Program-made: the position numbers and the translations under genes
Origin: a virus
DNA length: 64,000 bases
IMG/VR virus record: IMGVR_UViG_3300008113_000084
Location: 1 to 64,000 of that record
Direction: 5' to 3' (one strand)
Shown here: positions 47,471 through 56,664 of the stretch, piece after piece
Numbering within the stretch: the first letter of the stretch is position 1
Layout of the letters: every line of letters starts with the position of its first letter
The notes under the pieces: generated by a model
Told to the model about the DNA's origin: nothing
The model's input: the letters and a program-made list of their open reading frames with translations, nothing else
The model's database searches: none

Positions 47471-48976
47471 TCACAGCTTACCCCTTGTCCTGGCTGGAGG
47501 CTGCTCCCAGCCCTGTCGAACATACGTCCGTTTGCGCTCTTGGCTACGCCTGAAGAAACCGCTGTCGAAGTAGTCCATACAGTCTATGACCAAACCGTGA
47601 TCTTTGCCAGAAGCGTCATGCCTACGAACAACACGGCCAGGAGCCTGTATGTCCATAATCTCACTGGCACGAGCGTCTGCTCGTATCAGTACTGACAGCT
47701 GAGGAAAGTCCACGCCTGTGGACCATACATCTGTAGCTATCACCTTCTTCAAGGTACCAGCTTCAAAATCCTTAGACATCTTGTCTCGAATCTGCGGTGT
47801 CATGGCAGGCTCGGTTAGCTTGTCGAGCATACCCTTCTTGACAAGCGCCTCGTACTGGTCGGTATCCATTTTGTCGTAGCAAAGTTTGAAGTCTGGCAGC
47901 TCTTGCTTGAGATAAACGGCATGCTCGAGCGTGCGCACCAAGATAAGCACCTGGTCGTCAGAGTCAAACTCGTTTGCCTTCTGGGCAATGAGGTTGTTCC
48001 TGAACTGGTTGCGCCAGATGCCCCAGCGCTCCTTGGCGGTGTCCTTCTTGAACTCGCATGGATTAACCGGCATGCGCACGTCAATCCACTCAACCTGAAC
48101 AGGCAAAACCAGTCCGTGCTGTACAGCCTCCTGGTAAGTCATCTCAAAGATGCGTGGGCCGAACAGGCCTTCCAGTCGGTGGTGAGCACCGTCGAATCGA
48201 CCCTCTGGTGTTGCCGTAAACCCGAACATGCGAACATGCTGGTACTTGGCTAGCTCGACGGAATAAGACGGGGCCGCTGCTTCATGCACCTCGTCGTATA
48301 GGACGATGTCAGCGCACTCGCCTGGCGTGTGGTCAACCAGATGCAGCGAGTCAGCCGTGATAACGGTAACCCGACCCCACCGACGCTGACCGCCGCCGAC
48401 TTGACCGACGTCAGGAATGAACTTGACCAGATGGCGCAGCAATCGCTGCATAACATCTTTGCGCTTGGTGATGACGTGGATACGGGCGTTGGGATGCATC
48501 ATGCAGATAGCGCCGAACAGGAACGACTTGCCGAAGCCTGTCGGTGCGACAATGATGCCTCCCTCGCTAACGGATATGGCAGCTATACACTCGTCCTGTT
48601 TGGCCTTCAAGTCCATCCGCGCGAAAACACGATTAAAGTCTGTGTGAAAGCGCTCAGGGTTTGGCAAAGGTGGAGGGTAGTCCACAATCTCAACTGGCGC
48701 GCCGAATTCCTGACACAATCCGTAAACCCTGTGGCTGAAGCCTTTGGGAAAAATTAGACGGCCTGTCTCGTCGTAGGCGAAGAGCTTTACTTCCTCGGAT
48801 TGAAAGGGGGCGTATCCGCCTCGCTGATAGGCGTCCTGTCCGCGCAACTGGGATACGTGGGTGTAGGTCAGCTGGCTTTCAATCTTCTTGATCATGCCAA
48901 AAGGCGGTTCACCACTGACTACTTCCAGCTCCGCCAGGTTGCCTTTTCTGTGCAGTCTGAAACGTGAAGACGACAT
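47471..48976 (-). CDS. SF2 DEAD/DEAH helicase (UvsW/XPB-like)
   Basis: APTGFGKS, DEVH, GFTATP, STGVDFP, QAPGRVVR. Confidence 0.92.
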   Translation of the reverse strand: MSSSRFRLHRKGNLAELEVVSGEPPFGMIKKIESQLTYTHVSQLRGQDAYQRGGYAPFQSEEVKLFAYDETGRLIFPKGFSHRVYGLCQEFGAPVEIVDYPPPLPNPERFHTDFNRVFARMDLKAKQDECIAAISVSEGGIIVAPTGFGKSFLFGAICMMHPNARIHVITKRKDVMQRLLRHLVKFIPDVGQVGGGQRRWGRVTVITADSLHLVDHTPGECADIVLYDEVHEAAAPSYSVELAKYQHVRMFGFTATPEGRFDGAHHRLEGLFGPRIFEMTYQEAVQHGLVLPVQVEWIDVRMPVNPCEFKKDTAKERWGIWRNQFRNNLIAQKANEFDSDDQVLILVRTLEHAVYLKQELPDFKLCYDKMDTDQYEALVKKGMLDKLTEPAMTPQIRDKMSKDFEAGTLKKVIATDVWSTGVDFPQLSVLIRADARASEIMDIQAPGRVVRRHDASGKDHGLVIDCMDYFDSGFFRRSQERKRTYVRQGWEQPPARTRGKL

Positions 48977-49057
48977 GTTGACTCCGTGGACAAAAAGACA
49001 TCTATGTCGGCAGGGGTGTGCCGACATAGGAGAGTATGCGCCTGTAAGAAAAACAGT

Positions 49058-50059
49058 CTAGGTTTTCTTACAGAAAGTTTCCCTAAACCGAACTACTTCT
49101 TCAGGGCTGGCGAAGAAGTGCTCTGGAACGAACAGGGACTCGTTCCAGGGATTGGGCATAGGGTACAGCAAGTTTAGCCAGCAGCCGTGTAGATACGATA
49201 GGAATTTCTGGCACGTGGCAAGAACAGCCTCGTCAAAATATTCTTTACGCTCTAGAGGGCTGCCGCTGATAAAAGACGACGCGACGTTAAAATAAGTGCC
49301 TAGCAGGAAATCCGTCTTGCCTGAGTCAGGCGTGATTAACATGGCGTCCCAGTTCTTGTAGGCCTGCCAGGAGCTGACCACAAAACCTCGGCGCTGTGCC
49401 TTGGTGATAACGCCATCGTGGCCCTGCTCTTCGGACAGCCCGTGCTTGAGCTTGTTGACACCCATGTAGTCGTAATACTTCGACAGCTTGTTGGGGAAGA
49501 AAGTGTCAACAAACCAGCGAGGATCAATAGTCTGAGCGACGACCAGCATGCACGCATGATCGTTGACGCCTGGGACAAAACGCAGGTATTTAGCCAGAGG
49601 AAGCTGCTCGTACAGGGCCATCAAAACATCCAGGTTAGCCGACACTGAACCAGGCTCAGCCAGGATGTGCGACATCGTGTACACGATGTGATCGTCTTTG
49701 GTAACGCTGTGAAAGCCACCCAGAGTCGATGGATACTTCCAGCGACGCATGTTGAGCAAAACTTTTTCTGGGCAATATTCATCGAGATTGATCAGCTCGA
49801 CTTGAGGGCTGCAAACCTGTACGTCTTTCAGCTCTCCCTTAACTTTGGCTTCATACAAAGCCGTTATCATCCTGGCATTTCTGCTGTCACCAACCAACCG
49901 AACAGTCAGTTTCTTGTTTAGAAAAGAAGGGCTGTCGCAGTAGTCCTCGTAGAGTATGTTGGACGGCCTTGGTGTGCCGTTACCTGAGATATACCACACT
50001 TCATCGTCGAGAGAGTTGTACAACTTGAGTGTGGTTGTTTCATCGGTAAGGACACCCAT
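49058..50059 (-). CDS. IS110/Nop-domain-like protein with degenerate N-terminal domain
   Basis: YLRFVPGV...VAQTIDPRWF...SKYYDYMGV and C-terminal QKFLSYLHGCW patterns; GAGGAGG SD. Confidence 0.55.
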   Translation of the reverse strand: MGVLTDETTTLKLYNSLDDEVWYISGNGTPRPSNILYEDYCDSPSFLNKKLTVRLVGDSRNARMITALYEAKVKGELKDVQVCSPQVELINLDEYCPEKVLLNMRRWKYPSTLGGFHSVTKDDHIVYTMSHILAEPGSVSANLDVLMALYEQLPLAKYLRFVPGVNDHACMLVVAQTIDPRWFVDTFFPNKLSKYYDYMGVNKLKHGLSEEQGHDGVITKAQRRGFVVSSWQAYKNWDAMLITPDSGKTDFLLGTYFNVASSFISGSPLERKEYFDEAVLATCQKFLSYLHGCWLNLLYPMPNPWNESLFVPEHFFASPEEVVRFRETFCKKT

Positions 50060-50074
50060 GGTGCCTCCTCAGAC

Positions 50075-52201
50075 CTAATGCAGGTCTATTGTATGGTCGA
50101 ATAAGTGTCCAATGTTCTTCTCGTGAGTTACCACGAGAATCTGCACACCGTTAGAGGCTGAAAATTGTTTTAATCGGTCAAAGGCTTTCTCCAACGCGCC
50201 CAGGTTAGCCTCGTCCAAACCCACCGTGGGCTCGTCAAGGCAAAGTAAACCCAAGTTAGCAGCGAAAGTGGAATTAACAGCCAACCTGTAGGCGATGGTC
50301 AGGATAACCTTTTGACCGCCCGACAACCTGGCTGCTGGTACTTTCTTAGACCCAAAATTCGCTGTGAATGATAGGTCTTGCTCTAACTCTATATTAAACG
50401 GAACGCCAATCTGAGCCAATGTGTTATTTAGCTCTGTGACAACCTTAGCCATGTACTTGTACGACAGCACCATAGGAAGCGCGTTGTACTTGAATACCTT
50501 TTTAAGGTTGTCAATGCGCTCGTTCCAAGAGTCGTGCAGCGCTGCGAGGCTGAGCTGGTTGCGCGCCGCTTCTATCTTTTGATTGCAATTTTTGACCTCA
50601 GCTTCAGACAGGGCAATGTCCGTCTTCAGCTTCTGGATGCGCGACTTGGTGATTTTCAGCTCGGAAATCACGGTGTTTGCCGAGTTGACGCTGCTCTCGT
50701 CCAGGTCGGAGTAGCCCTTCAGCTCATCCAATTCCTTCTGCATTTCAGCTGTCTGGTGGTCCAGAGAGGTGCCAAGCCTGCCGCCCAAGACATCCAGGGC
50801 GTTGATTTTGTTACCAGTGGCGACGAACGAATCTTTCAGGATTTTCTTCTTTTCCAGTATTCCCTTGGCCTCGTCCCTGGAGACGGAGGGTTGGGCCACC
50901 TCAACCAGATCGGCCAGAGTTTTGTTGGCTGTCTCCAGTCGCTTGACGAAGTTGGTCTTCCAAGCCAGGTGCAGCACCTTCTTCTTGTCAAATGCCGCCG
51001 TGCTGGCGATCTGCTCCGTCAAGGCCGTGATGCTGTCGGACAGAGCCAGCAGCTCCTCCTTGGCCTCAAGCCACTTGTCCTTCAGGTTGCTGGCTGGAGT
51101 ACCGCAGGTGGGACAGCTGGCTGACTCGTCCTCTGGGTTGATGGACGAGATGAACTGGTTGTGTTGGCGCTGCTTGAACTTCAAGCTGTCCAGAGTCAGG
51201 GTCACGGACTCCAAGTCCGTCAGGTAGTCGTAGGGTTGCTGGGGTTCTGGATTCAGCAGCTTCTCGGCCTCCAGGATGTTCAGGGCCTTCTGGGCCTGCT
51301 GCTGCTGGTGGAGGTAGCTGTCGTACTTGATCCACAGCGCCTCGACTTTCAAAGCCTCCTCAGCTGACGGCTCGATCTGGTCTATGGCGTCATGCAAAGC
51401 CAGCAGCTCATCGGTGAGCTCCTGGGTCTTGGCATCGTGCTCCGTCTTATCCTGCTCCAGCTTTTTGATCGCCTCCAGTCGGCTGGCTACAGAGTTCTCC
51501 AGCTTTACCTTTCTTGCCCACAGGCTGACGATGTTGCTGTACTGCAAAATTTCAGAGTCGAGATCGGTCTCGGAAGGCAGTGCTTCCAGGGCAGTCGTGA
51601 GGTCCTTGACAGCCTGCACCGCCTTGCTGAAATTGTCGTTAAGCTCCTGGAGGTTCTGCGAGGCGATGCCGACGGTGGACAGCTTGAGGCTGCCGTCAGA
51701 CAGGTTGTCGCCAATCTTGTTCAGCTGCTCAATCTTGAACAGCTTCTGGAAAGCCGAGATTCGCTTCGCTGCCGACAGCGCCAGAGGACCAAAGTTGTCC
51801 CACTGCTCGACGAAAACGTATTGCCCGAGAATCTCCTTGTCTACCTCCAGGATGTGCAGCAGCTTCTCCAACACTTCCTTGTCCGAGGTGTATATCTTGT
51901 CGTTGACAAACAGCTGGCGGTCCACGGGCTCCAGCCGACGTAGCAGCCGCAGGTCCTGGCTGTTGTGTGAGAAGTGCAGGTCCACACTGCACTCTCCGCC
52001 GTCGGTGTTCAAGGAGATGTTCTCGGCTGCCTTGCCCGCATTCCTGCCGAAGTCGCCAGTCAAAGCGCCGTAGACGGCGTTTAGGATGTTTGACTTTCCC
52101 GAACCGTTAGGACCGACGATGACGTTCAGACCCTTCTGGAACTCGACGGTCCTGCTGATGTGCTGGCAGAAGTTGCGCAGTTTTACCTTCTTAAGAAACA
52201 T
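50075..52201 (-). CDS. sbcC: SbcC/Rad50-like ATPase
   Basis: GPNGSGKS, CPTC zinc hook, LSGGQ, LDEPT, VTH. Confidence 0.95.
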   Translation of the reverse strand: MFLKKVKLRNFCQHISRTVEFQKGLNVIVGPNGSGKSNILNAVYGALTGDFGRNAGKAAENISLNTDGGECSVDLHFSHNSQDLRLLRRLEPVDRQLFVNDKIYTSDKEVLEKLLHILEVDKEILGQYVFVEQWDNFGPLALSAAKRISAFQKLFKIEQLNKIGDNLSDGSLKLSTVGIASQNLQELNDNFSKAVQAVKDLTTALEALPSETDLDSEILQYSNIVSLWARKVKLENSVASRLEAIKKLEQDKTEHDAKTQELTDELLALHDAIDQIEPSAEEALKVEALWIKYDSYLHQQQQAQKALNILEAEKLLNPEPQQPYDYLTDLESVTLTLDSLKFKQRQHNQFISSINPEDESASCPTCGTPASNLKDKWLEAKEELLALSDSITALTEQIASTAAFDKKKVLHLAWKTNFVKRLETANKTLADLVEVAQPSVSRDEAKGILEKKKILKDSFVATGNKINALDVLGGRLGTSLDHQTAEMQKELDELKGYSDLDESSVNSANTVISELKITKSRIQKLKTDIALSEAEVKNCNQKIEAARNQLSLAALHDSWNERIDNLKKVFKYNALPMVLSYKYMAKVVTELNNTLAQIGVPFNIELEQDLSFTANFGSKKVPAARLSGGQKVILTIAYRLAVNSTFAANLGLLCLDEPTVGLDEANLGALEKAFDRLKQFSASNGVQILVVTHEKNIGHLFDHTIDLH

Positions 52202-53327
52202 TGGCTACTCCCTGTAAATGCTCGTTGCGCATCTCTAACAGCTCCTGCTCGACATTTCCTGAATTGAAGATGCGCACGGCATCCTTGTGGGCGACAGTGC
52301 TTTCGGAGAACCCTGTCTGTTCCACGCATTCAGATATGTCAACAAGCTCTTGTATGTGTTTACGTTCCACAGCTGCCGTGACTTCACTTGAGTTGAAGTC
52401 AGTCGGAATGATTTCGTAATTCCAGTTGCGGAACTTGTCACACAGCAAGTCGTAAGCGTTAGGAATGTTGTTTTGATATCGCACACATACCAGCGGAGTG
52501 GCTATGTGTTCTGGCAAATCCCTGTGCGGCCATTCGATCAGTAAGTCCTCGTTAGTCAGGTTCATCAGTATGTCAAAATGCTTTTCAGACTTGAGCTCAA
52601 ATAGAGCGAATGGCCTAGTCTTAAGACGATACTGAGTCCAACTAAGATCACTGTTCAAAATGAATATGAACTTGTGAGGAGGCTCATTAGTCGCCTGCAT
52701 ATTAATGGAGCCAGAAGACAAACACTCTGTGCCGTCTATGCGCAGAATCTCAGTCTTGTGGTAATCGCCAGTGTAGATAACCTTGGCGAAAGCGGCGTTT
52801 TTGAACATAAAGTTCTCGTCGCTTTTCTTTATAAAGTCAGCCCATACCTGGTGCGTCACGTATAGGTCAAAGCGGTCCTTGCCTGCATAAGAGTGCATGA
52901 CGCGACACTGATCGGCAAAGCGGTTGCCTGAGAACTCGATGTCTTGACCGACGACACGAAGACCCTGTATCTCAAACTCCTTGAACGGCTGGGAAGTCTT
53001 GAAGCTGTCAATATGGACGGCGTTGGAGCACAAGCTCATCCACGGAACTTCTGACAGCTCATGCTGGCCTTGCACGTAGAAAACAGGAATGCCGACGCGC
53101 TCCAACCGTTTCATCTGCTCAAAGCAGAATACGACAGACTCACTGGGCGGCTGTTTGATGTCGAAAAGATCGCCAGCAGCAATTAGAGGAACATCCAGCT
53201 TTATGCAAAGATCAACGATCTGTTGCAGAGAGTAATAAGAATCCCTGTGAACATTTGGATGTTTCTTCCAAGAAAAAGGACTCAGATGCCAATCGGACGT
53301 CAGCACCAGCAGGGGTTTTACAGCCAT
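52191..53327 (-). CDS. sbcD: SbcD/Mre11-like nuclease
   Basis: SDWH, AGDLFD, GQHE, THQ, GDYH; start refined to MAVKP. Confidence 0.9.
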   Translation of the reverse strand: MAVKPLLVLTSDWHLSPFSWKKHPNVHRDSYYSLQQIVDLCIKLDVPLIAAGDLFDIKQPPSESVVFCFEQMKRLERVGIPVFYVQGQHELSEVPWMSLCSNAVHIDSFKTSQPFKEFEIQGLRVVGQDIEFSGNRFADQCRVMHSYAGKDRFDLYVTHQVWADFIKKSDENFMFKNAAFAKVIYTGDYHKTEILRIDGTECLSSGSINMQATNEPPHKFIFILNSDLSWTQYRLKTRPFALFELKSEKHFDILMNLTNEDLLIEWPHRDLPEHIATPLVCVRYQNNIPNAYDLLCDKFRNWNYEIIPTDFNSSEVTAAVERKHIQELVDISECVEQTGFSESTVAHKDAVRIFNSGNVEQELLEMRNEHLQGVANVS

Positions 53328-53402
53328 AAATCTTTCTCCTGGGTTGAAGTGCTGATGCGGGTCTATACAATGTCCCAAGAGGCACGTTGAAAGGAGTTCA
53401 AA

Positions 53403-53582
53403 ATGCTCGTTGTGACGCGGAGACCTAAAGAGATTATCAGAATAAATGAGAACATAGTTGTAGAGGTTTTAATCATCAACAATGGAAGTGTCAAGATAGG
53501 CATACAGGCTCCAAAAGATATACCGGTGATGCGTGGTGAATTAAGAGGTTCGTGCAGAAAGACTAGAAAGGATAGCGAATAA
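53403..53582 (+). CDS. csrA: Carbon storage regulator CsrA/RsmA homologue (59 aa)
   Basis: Found by hand: MLVVTRRPKEIIRINENIVVEVL...VKIGIQAPKDIPVMRGEL; AGGAG SD. Confidence 0.9.
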   Translation: MLVVTRRPKEIIRINENIVVEVLIINNGSVKIGIQAPKDIPVMRGELRGSCRKTRKDSE

Positions 53583-54214
53583 TGTCAATCAAGTGCGCTG
53601 TTGTCGTGAGTCATCCTGCTGGCGGCGGCAGTCTTATCGCTAAGACGCTTATGGCCATGGGCTTCAAAACTCCAGGCATTCCGTCAGACGAAACCAACGA
53701 CTGGAACCTGGTGGCTGTCAATCAGATCATGTGCGACAGAGCGCACAAACCAAAGATATCCCTAGGCATGGCCAAGCACGCCATGGAGCCTATGACGGGA
53801 TACATCGACGACAAGATCAAAGAGGGCCAAAACTGGATCATGCACGATCCAATGCTGTGCATGACATTTTTCGAGTTCGCGCAGCTGCTGAAGGAAAAGG
53901 GAGTAGACTACAAAATAATAATAGCCCTGCGTAAGCCCCACTACAGCGCGCTGGAAATTGTCAGGTCAGACAAAGAATGGACGCTTGAAGAAGCCTCCAG
54001 CCTGTTGGGAAAATACATCGTAGCCAGGTCTCTAAACACAGACCGCTTCTATCTGGAGAACAAAGAAGACGTGTCGCGTGTGCTGCATCTGGACGTCAAC
54101 AGTCTGCTGGACGACACAGACAAGGCAGTAGAGCTGTTGGCTACAGAAATTGGCGTCGAGCTGACTGACGAGGCTAAGGAAGCAATTGGAAAGCTGCTCA
54201 AGCCTGCGTCTTGA
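53582..54214 (+). CDS. Sulfotransferase-fold protein, degenerate
   Basis: VVSHPAGGGSLIAKTL, WIMHDPMLC and IIALRKP align by eye to the MHRSGTS, WKDPR and R.P motifs. Confidence 0.55.
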   Translation: MSIKCAVVVSHPAGGGSLIAKTLMAMGFKTPGIPSDETNDWNLVAVNQIMCDRAHKPKISLGMAKHAMEPMTGYIDDKIKEGQNWIMHDPMLCMTFFEFAQLLKEKGVDYKIIIALRKPHYSALEIVRSDKEWTLEEASSLLGKYIVARSLNTDRFYLENKEDVSRVLHLDVNSLLDDTDKAVELLATEIGVELTDEAKEAIGKLLKPAS

Positions 54215-55655
54215 CGCCTTCAGCCGTTCTGGTGGTAGACATGTCAGGAACCATGTCTACCAGCATCAGCTGACCGCCGCTGTTCACAACGAACTCTGCG
54301 CCAGGAACAACAGAAGACACGTACTCGGAACCCTTGACAAGGATGTCCGGTTTGACCGCCTCGATCAGAGGCACCAGCTCTTCCTGCTCAAATGTGACAA
54401 CGGCATCAACGCACTCCAGGGCCGCAACCATACGCGCCCTGTTGGCAGCGCCGACAAACGGCCTGCCTTCCCCTTTGAGTGCCTTGATGCTGGCGTCGCT
54501 ATTCACACCAACGAGAAGATAGCCACCAGCGAATTTAGCCTGCTCGAGCAGATGCACGTGGCCTGCGTGCAATAGGTCGAAGCAGCCGTTGGCGAATACA
54601 ATCTTCTCGTTGGTAGATCGGAGTTGCTGCGCCCAAGACAGCGCAGCCTGCTGAGACATCAGCTTGGACAGAGAGCTAACCTGCGTGGGTCGGGCCATAA
54701 ACAGGTCCAGCTCCATGCGGTGAACAACAGTAGTGCCAGGCTTGGACACAGCCAAAGCGCTGGCCGCGTTGGCAAAGACGATAGCGTCCCGAATCGAGCG
54801 GCCCTCGCAGATGGCTACAGACAGCGCGGCTATAAAAGTATCTCCAGCTCCTATGACGTCTGTCTTGCAGGTTGTGAAGGCAGGCAAGCTGCCAGCCGTT
54901 TTGGTGTTGTTGTCGTACCAGCTGCAACCGTTTTGCGCCCGAGTTACCACGGCCAGGGACAGGTTGGGCAGACGCTGCGCCAACTGCGCGGCAAGAGACT
55001 CGCAAGCGGAGTCGCTTTTGGAAGACACGGCTCTGGCATCGACACCAAGCACAGCACAAGCCTCGTTGAAATTGGGCGTGATACAGTCGGCGCTGTGCCA
55101 GTCCAGCATGCCCGACGGCTTGGCGTCTACGAACAGAAAAATATTGGGGTGGCTTGAGCGTATATCCTGTAGGGCCTGGCGCAGCTCTGGGCTGACAGCT
55201 CCCTTGGCGTAATCAGAAACAATGATGGCCTTGATGTCCCTGCTAACGCTTCTGAGCTTGAACAGAACATTCTCCTGAAACTTGCCGTAAGTGGGCGAGG
55301 CGTCTGCCCGCATCTCTCTGTCGGTGCGCAGCACCTGGTAGCCTCCGACCATAATGCGCGTCTTGACAGATGTGTGGTACTCAGACAGCGTCGTAACATC
55401 TGTCGAGACATTCATAGTGTCGAGGCTGAATGTCAGGCGCTTGGCTTCGGGGTCAGCTCCGACCGGCGAGAACAGGATAACGGGGCTGTTGAGAGCCTGG
55501 ATCGACGAAGCGACGTGGGCGGCACCGCCTGGGCAAAACATCTCGTACTTGGTGGTGACGACAGGAACGGGGGCCTCTGGCGATATCCTGTGTACGTCGC
55601 CGTGGACGTAGTGATCCAGGATGGAGTCGCCGACAACCGCGATAATGGTAGACAC
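54198..55655 (-). CDS. hldE: Bifunctional heptose 7-phosphate kinase / heptose 1-phosphate adenylyltransferase
   Basis: RISPEAPVPVV, SDYAKG, TPN, DVIGAGDTF, NGCFDLLHAGH, VKG, STT. Confidence 0.95.
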   Translation of the reverse strand: MSTIIAVVGDSILDHYVHGDVHRISPEAPVPVVTTKYEMFCPGGAAHVASSIQALNSPVILFSPVGADPEAKRLTFSLDTMNVSTDVTTLSEYHTSVKTRIMVGGYQVLRTDREMRADASPTYGKFQENVLFKLRSVSRDIKAIIVSDYAKGAVSPELRQALQDIRSSHPNIFLFVDAKPSGMLDWHSADCITPNFNEACAVLGVDARAVSSKSDSACESLAAQLAQRLPNLSLAVVTRAQNGCSWYDNNTKTAGSLPAFTTCKTDVIGAGDTFIAALSVAICEGRSIRDAIVFANAASALAVSKPGTTVVHRMELDLFMARPTQVSSLSKLMSQQAALSWAQQLRSTNEKIVFANGCFDLLHAGHVHLLEQAKFAGGYLLVGVNSDASIKALKGEGRPFVGAANRARMVAALECVDAVVTFEQEELVPLIEAVKPDILVKGSEYVSSVVPGAEFVVNSGGQLMLVDMVPDMSTTRTAEGVKTQA

Positions 55656-55667
55656 GTCAGTCCTTTC

Positions 55668-55844
55668 TCAGCTGTCGCCGCCGTCGCATTTGAAAACTCT
55701 TGGGGTTCTTTCCCTGGAGTTCGAGTCGCTACAGTTGCCACAAATCCTGTTGGCGGTCATGTCGTACGACTTGAACTTCTTGCCACACTTCAAACAGTTG
55801 CGCTCACCTGGCTTTCTGTTGGGAAAATACCCTTTGTCTTTCAT
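55668..55844 (-). CDS. 58-aa Zn-finger protein
   Basis: Found by hand: RNCLKCGKKFKS...NRICGNC. Confidence 0.7.
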   Translation of the reverse strand: MKDKGYFPNRKPGERNCLKCGKKFKSYDMTANRICGNCSDSNSRERTPRVFKCDGGDS

Positions 55845-55856
55845 TCCTTGGGAACC

Positions 55857-56345
55857 TCAGTCGGACAAGTCATCGGCGTCCTCTGACTCGTCGTGCGCAG
55901 CAAACAGCCTGCCCCCAAGCCCGTCTTTGCGCTTTCGGTTCCTGCAAAACTTCTCAAGCATCACGGAAGCGTCCTTGTAGTTCTTGAACTCCGTGAGCGT
56001 GAAAGTCACTTCAGGATCACCGACGGCCTTGGCGTAGGGCTCAGTCCAAGCGTCCGCTCTTGTATGCTGCCATCTACTGTTAAATATTTCAAGAACATCT
56101 ATTGCTTCTTGATATGTGTAAGTCTGTTCATCAAGCGGAAACGTTTTAAGCTTAATAAACACATATATTTCCCTGTCGTCTTTAACTTGGCCGTAGTTTA
56201 CTTTGACATCCTGGTCTGACGGCAGATAAGGAATATGAGGAACAACCACTTTAAACTGTCGTCCCTTGAAGTTCTTGAGGAAGTCTTCAATAGATGGCTG
56301 CATAAGCTGACCCATAAAAAAATAGGCTTGAGTTTGTCGTCTCAA
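55857..56345 (-). CDS. Hypothetical protein
   Basis: ORF tiling; start uncertain. Confidence 0.6.
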   Translation of the reverse strand: MRRQTQAYFFMGQLMQPSIEDFLKNFKGRQFKVVVPHIPYLPSDQDVKVNYGQVKDDREIYVFIKLKTFPLDEQTYTYQEAIDVLEIFNSRWQHTRADAWTEPYAKAVGDPEVTFTLTEFKNYKDASVMLEKFCRNRKRKDGLGGRLFAAHDESEDADDLSD

Positions 56346-56358
56346 GCCTATAGGTGGA

Positions 56359-56664
56359 TCACTTTGTTGTCAAAAGTTTACTGCGAATAGCTTCTACAAC
56401 TTTGTTAATACCCGAACTGTTTGGCACATCCGCTCTCAAGTTAGGCTCGTCGTAAATGCCCAGGTGAGCCAGAAGGTTCTTCAAAAATATCATGTCATAG
56501 TACAGCTCAACCAGATACTTCTCTGACTGGGCTGAACCAATGGTGACATCAAAGTAAGAGCCTTTGAGCCGCTCCCGCATGTCGCTCAGTCGAGCAAAAG
56601 GATCAGCGAAATGTCGGCTAATCAGCGTCGGGTCGTCTGGGTTGTGGTCAACCGTCGTGCTCAT
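56359..56664 (-). CDS. Hypothetical protein
   Basis: GGAGG SD before MSTTV. Confidence 0.65.
   Translation of the reverse strand: MSTTVDHNPDDPTLISRHFADPFARLSDMRERLKGSYFDVTIGSAQSEKYLVELYYDMIFLKNLLAHLGIYDEPNLRADVPNSSGINKVVEAIRSKLLTTK

Noticed and set aside
49058-50059. Active IS110 insertion element
   Set aside because: No catalytic DEDD set visible, no space for element ends, and integrated in the operon.
22761-52073. Long plus-strand ORFs opposite portal, SSB-like, polymerase, primase and sbcC
   Set aside because: Antisense shadows expected from GC-rich codon usage; no recognisable motifs.
40908-52201. Inteins or introns in polymerase, helicases or SbcC
   Set aside because: ORFs are continuous with normal motif spacing and no intein-like insertions seen.
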